Shown piece by piece: positions 60,485 through 64,000 of a stretch of 64,000 bases of DNA. This stretch comes from Lingula anatina. Taxonomy: Eukaryota > Animalia > Brachiopoda. The stretch is from contig CM120640.1 of NCBI GenBank assembly GCA_051362555.1, positions 3,534,001 through 3,598,000 on the forward strand, given 5' to 3'. The translations under genes and the position numbers were made by a program. The notes under the pieces are model-generated. The model searched no databases, was not told the DNA's origin, and saw only the letters and a program-made list of their open reading frames with translations. Position 1 is the first letter of the stretch, and every line of letters starts with the position of its first letter.

Positions 60485-63429
60485 CATCCTGTGAGTACGG
60501 TGGTCAGTATAGTAAGTAATGTTAATTACAAGGACATCCTGATACTTATTAATGTAAACACTTACAATTAAGGTAGTGGCCAGAATTAAAGAAATAGAAA
60601 GGCCGATTTCTGCAAAAAGACTTATGGGGATAATTATGATTAAGATGTTGTCCTTTTTGTTATCTCATTTTACGTACCTTAATCGATGCCCTCAATGTGC
60701 CATAGTTGACAGTTCTTCCTTAATTTCGGTGATGTATGTGGCTAGGGTACCATGGCGGGCAGAGGCTTTGGTGCGTAGCACATTATACCAAATTAACCAC
60801 ACATCAAGAAGGAAATGCGAATATTAGATCAAAACCTTCCGTGTGGAGATAGGCCGCATCCTGTTGGCCAGTGTGACGATAGCCACTTCATATGCAGATG
60901 TCACGCTAGACCTGCGTTTTACCTGTGTTAAATGCCGCGTTCACACTGAAGATAACACGGCCCTTTCCGACACGGGGCCAACATGACCATGGGCAGCAAG
61001 TGAAGTCCCCCGTTTCTCAAATTAAAATCGTCGCTTGCCATGCCTAGCATTGGGAATGGCGGTAGGCACGCGAACAGAGGTACAACCTTTGCTGCCGACA
61101 TTTCATTTGGTGTGCTGAGCTGGATCAGGGGACCCATGGATGGATTGAATGTGGAGGGTCAATCTAACAACGTGAACGCGACTGGAGAGCGGGAAATTCC
61201 CCCTCGCCATAATCCGAAATAGTTATTTTAAAGCTGAATGCATTCGACCATATTGGATGTAGGAAGGGTTTCTCTTTTTTTTTTTCAATAAGCAGGCATT
61301 TCGCATCCCCCTCCCCATATCACATTTTTTAATGATTCATGGTTTCTTTGCCATTTCCTTTTCTTTCTATCGACTTTAAAGGAGTAAAATTGTATATCAG
61401 TTCATTACTATTTTTACCTGAATATCAAGTCTTTAAAGTTTTGTGGAGAGATAACGGAAAGAAAGAATATTTACCATAGTAATCCATCATTGATAAAGGA
61501 GATAGCATGGGAACAAATACTGCTGAATAACCCCCATAAAGTTTAATCAATCCAAAAGCTTTCTAACAAAGAAGAAACCAACTAGAAAGAGAAACCATTG
61601 AGGCTTCGGTGTTTAGGCAAAGGATAATAGGTTGGGGATTGAAAATATGACCTCGACATAGTAAAGTCAATTTGTTTTAAGTCACTTTTTGTGTCAAATG
61701 AAAATTGTGCCTATCTTTAATTTCTTACAAATGCATTGTATTAAATCAGACATTTAAAAAATCGTTTTACCGTGTACCAGTGATGCGGAACATAAAAAGC
61801 GCATCATTTTAATTATTATTTTATTTTAATTATTTTGTCAATAATCATAAAGAGATATTTAAAAATAAATTTATCTTAAAAGTTTTACGAAAGTTTTCAG
61901 CTAGAGGGCCAATCTCCTAAAATATATTCATTTCATCGAAGACAACCTTTGTAAGTAGAAAATGTCATTCAATGTACAACTCACCAGTGCAATCACTTCA
62001 CGCCAAATTAAAGCTAGGAAATAGAGATGTTTTATTGCTTTTTTTAATTTTCTAAATCAGAACACCTTTACTCCATCCTGTGAACAATCCACAAAAATCT
62101 GCTTATTTCTTCTGTCTTGAGGAAAGAAAGAATATAAGATATGACAAACTGTCTCCATTACTTTCATTTTTCAACTTTAAGAGAAAACATATATTCACAA
62201 TGTTGAACAAGCAGGAGTCAAAATCATGGATTTTGTTCGCACAAAAATGTGTCTTTCCTGCGGAAAAAAGAGAAAAGATGGAGCTTTCTCTTTTATTTGT
62301 AAAAAAAAAAAAGATTTTCATAATGGCTTAAAGTGGCACATTAAGTGGACATAGTTTCGTATCCAGTGTCTCTTGTGGTCCACCTTGGTCGCCACATGGC
62401 ATGTGGTGTTTTCTAGGTCTCTTACCGACAACTATAGATACAACCACACAAGAAAGAGTTAGAATGACAAGGACCAAAATATAAATGCAGTAACCGCTGT
62501 ATGGTAAACACGCCTTCCTCTGACGTATGAGGAATTTTACTTTCCATACATTCCATTTCATAAACTTTGTTTCCTCTTGTTTTATTGTCACATTTTCCAT
62601 ATTCTTAAGGTAATTAAGACGTTACCCCTCTCCTTCCGACGCATCTTTTTAAATTACGATTTTAGATATGTCCAGAGCGCTTTGAAAAAAGAAAAATGAA
62701 ACAGTATATATAATTATATATAACAATATATAACATAATTATTCACTTACACGTGATTTATTTGATCTTTGGATAACTTATTTACATATACAATTTTTTT
62801 TTCTGAAAATATCAACCATCATATTGTGACAATCATTACATGGCAATTAGCTCATAATAAGTCATTTAACTCACTGGCCTTTATTTATTACAGACGCGTT
62901 CATTCTGTTATCACAAAACGCATGACAAAACGCAGCTGTGCATCAAATTTGTCCTTAAGGTATTATAAATGGCAAAGAGATTCATTCGAGACTTAATGTT
63001 AAATCAAGCGGGATTTCTCGGGACTTGGAGGAGAGTGAGATCAGAAATAATGGCAAACTAGCGAGTACGGTCCGGTAACAAACGTAAGCTAAGAGAATCT
63101 ATCCACTGATATTTTTGGTTGTTTTCTCTCAGGTTCTGTCGAATAACAGTCTATTGCACAACTATACGAATCCATCATGTTTTGGCATCACTTTTATACT
63201 GCTTTCACACTTAACGCTTAAGAGTTAACCCAACCTCGTGCGGATTTTTCGCACATTTTCTGGTCACGTATGACGGCACGCAGTACCTAAATCCTCGGAT
63301 AATTTCCATTTTCATCAGCCATAACGTCTCTTCTCCGACGGGACGGTCAAGCCATTACAATAAAAAAAACACCAAGGAGAAAACATCTATTAAAGCCAGT
63401 TTATCATGGTGGACTGATACAGGCGGCTC

Positions 63430-63999
63430 TCAAACAAGAGAGTTCGGTTTAATAGCTGGTCTTTGCAATAATCTAGGTGATGACACCACGGGTAAAGCGT
63501 GGCGATGTTCTATTTGTTCTCGTTGTTTTAATACAGCCTTATCTTTCTTGACAAATTTGTTTTCAGAAGTCTGTCGTTCCGGAGCTGAGTGGAGCTGGCT
63601 GATGTCGGGCAGACTTTTGGCCATGTAACGCAAATCACTAAAATCATCTGTTGAGGCAAATGTTGGAATATGTCTGCCTTGCTCCATGAACCCAACATGC
63701 TTTTGGTTGTGTCCTTCTCCATGTTCACACTTATCTATTTTGTATCCACTACCTGTATCGGTACCCAACATATTTGAAAACACTTCTTGCTTTTTTGTCT
63801 GTGTGTCTATAATGTCTGTATTTGGTCTCTTAGAACCATTCGATTGCACCAGATTGCTTTTTGTTTCCTGACAACGGTCCCTCTCTTGCGCCAAGTCGCG
63901 CAGCGCCATCTGGAAGGGGCGGGACCCATGGGGCAGCGGGGGTCGACCAACACCAAAATTAACGGGAGAGAGAGCATTCAGGCAACGGTCGATGTAGGT
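63430..63999 (-). CDS. 3' end of an unidentified protein-coding ORF continuing beyond the window
   Basis: The frame is open from the window edge (TYIDRCLNALSPVNFG...MAKSLPDISQL...PNSLV*) for 189 codons, with hydrophilic, disorder-like composition. No family recognised. Confidence 0.5.
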   Translation of the reverse strand, partial: TYIDRCLNALSPVNFGVGRPPLPHGSRPFQMALRDLAQERDRCQETKSNLVQSNGSKRPNTDIIDTQTKKQEVFSNMLGTDTGSGYKIDKCEHGEGHNQKHVGFMEQGRHIPTFASTDDFSDLRYMAKSLPDISQLHSAPERQTSENKFVKKDKAVLKQREQIEHRHALPVVSSPRLLQRPAIKPNSLV

Positions 64000-64000
64000 A

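Noticed and set aside
60820-61225. GC-richer intergenic patch with short ORFs
   Set aside because: No recognisable protein, RNA boxes or terminal repeats; it could be an enhancer or old repeat but this is unsupported.

Overview
AT-rich, intron-rich animal DNA, probably a lophotrochozoan such as a mollusc (inferred from gene and repeat style only). Genes, left to right: APPBP2 (+, 13 coding exons); NOC4L (-), head-to-head with a single domino/EP400/SRCAP SWR1-family ATPase gene (+, about 18.3-46.5 kb); an intronless NLR-like LRR gene lacking its nucleotide-binding domain (+); a roughly 1,000-aa large lipid transfer protein with an unusual C-terminal domain after a furin-type site (-); and the 3' end of an unidentified ORF at the window edge (-). 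Most notable: (1) the 5' introns of domino host a dense cluster of at least 11 intronic snoRNAs (8-9 H/ACA, 3 C/D), most with readable rRNA guides, in a gene facing the ribosome-biogenesis factor NOC4L across a short promoter; (2) domino carries a splice-or-read-through switch at 36790 that should give both an EP400/DOM-A-like and an SRCAP/DOM-B-like protein; (3) a 67-bp minisatellite has multiplied a domino splice donor about ten times; (4) Helentron/HINE-type elements carry internal tandem arrays, including a 146-bp satellite with a 4-mer higher-order repeat and a nested foldback MITE. rRNA target sequences and numbering are recalled from human and yeast knowledge, not computed. Exon boundaries were read by eye.
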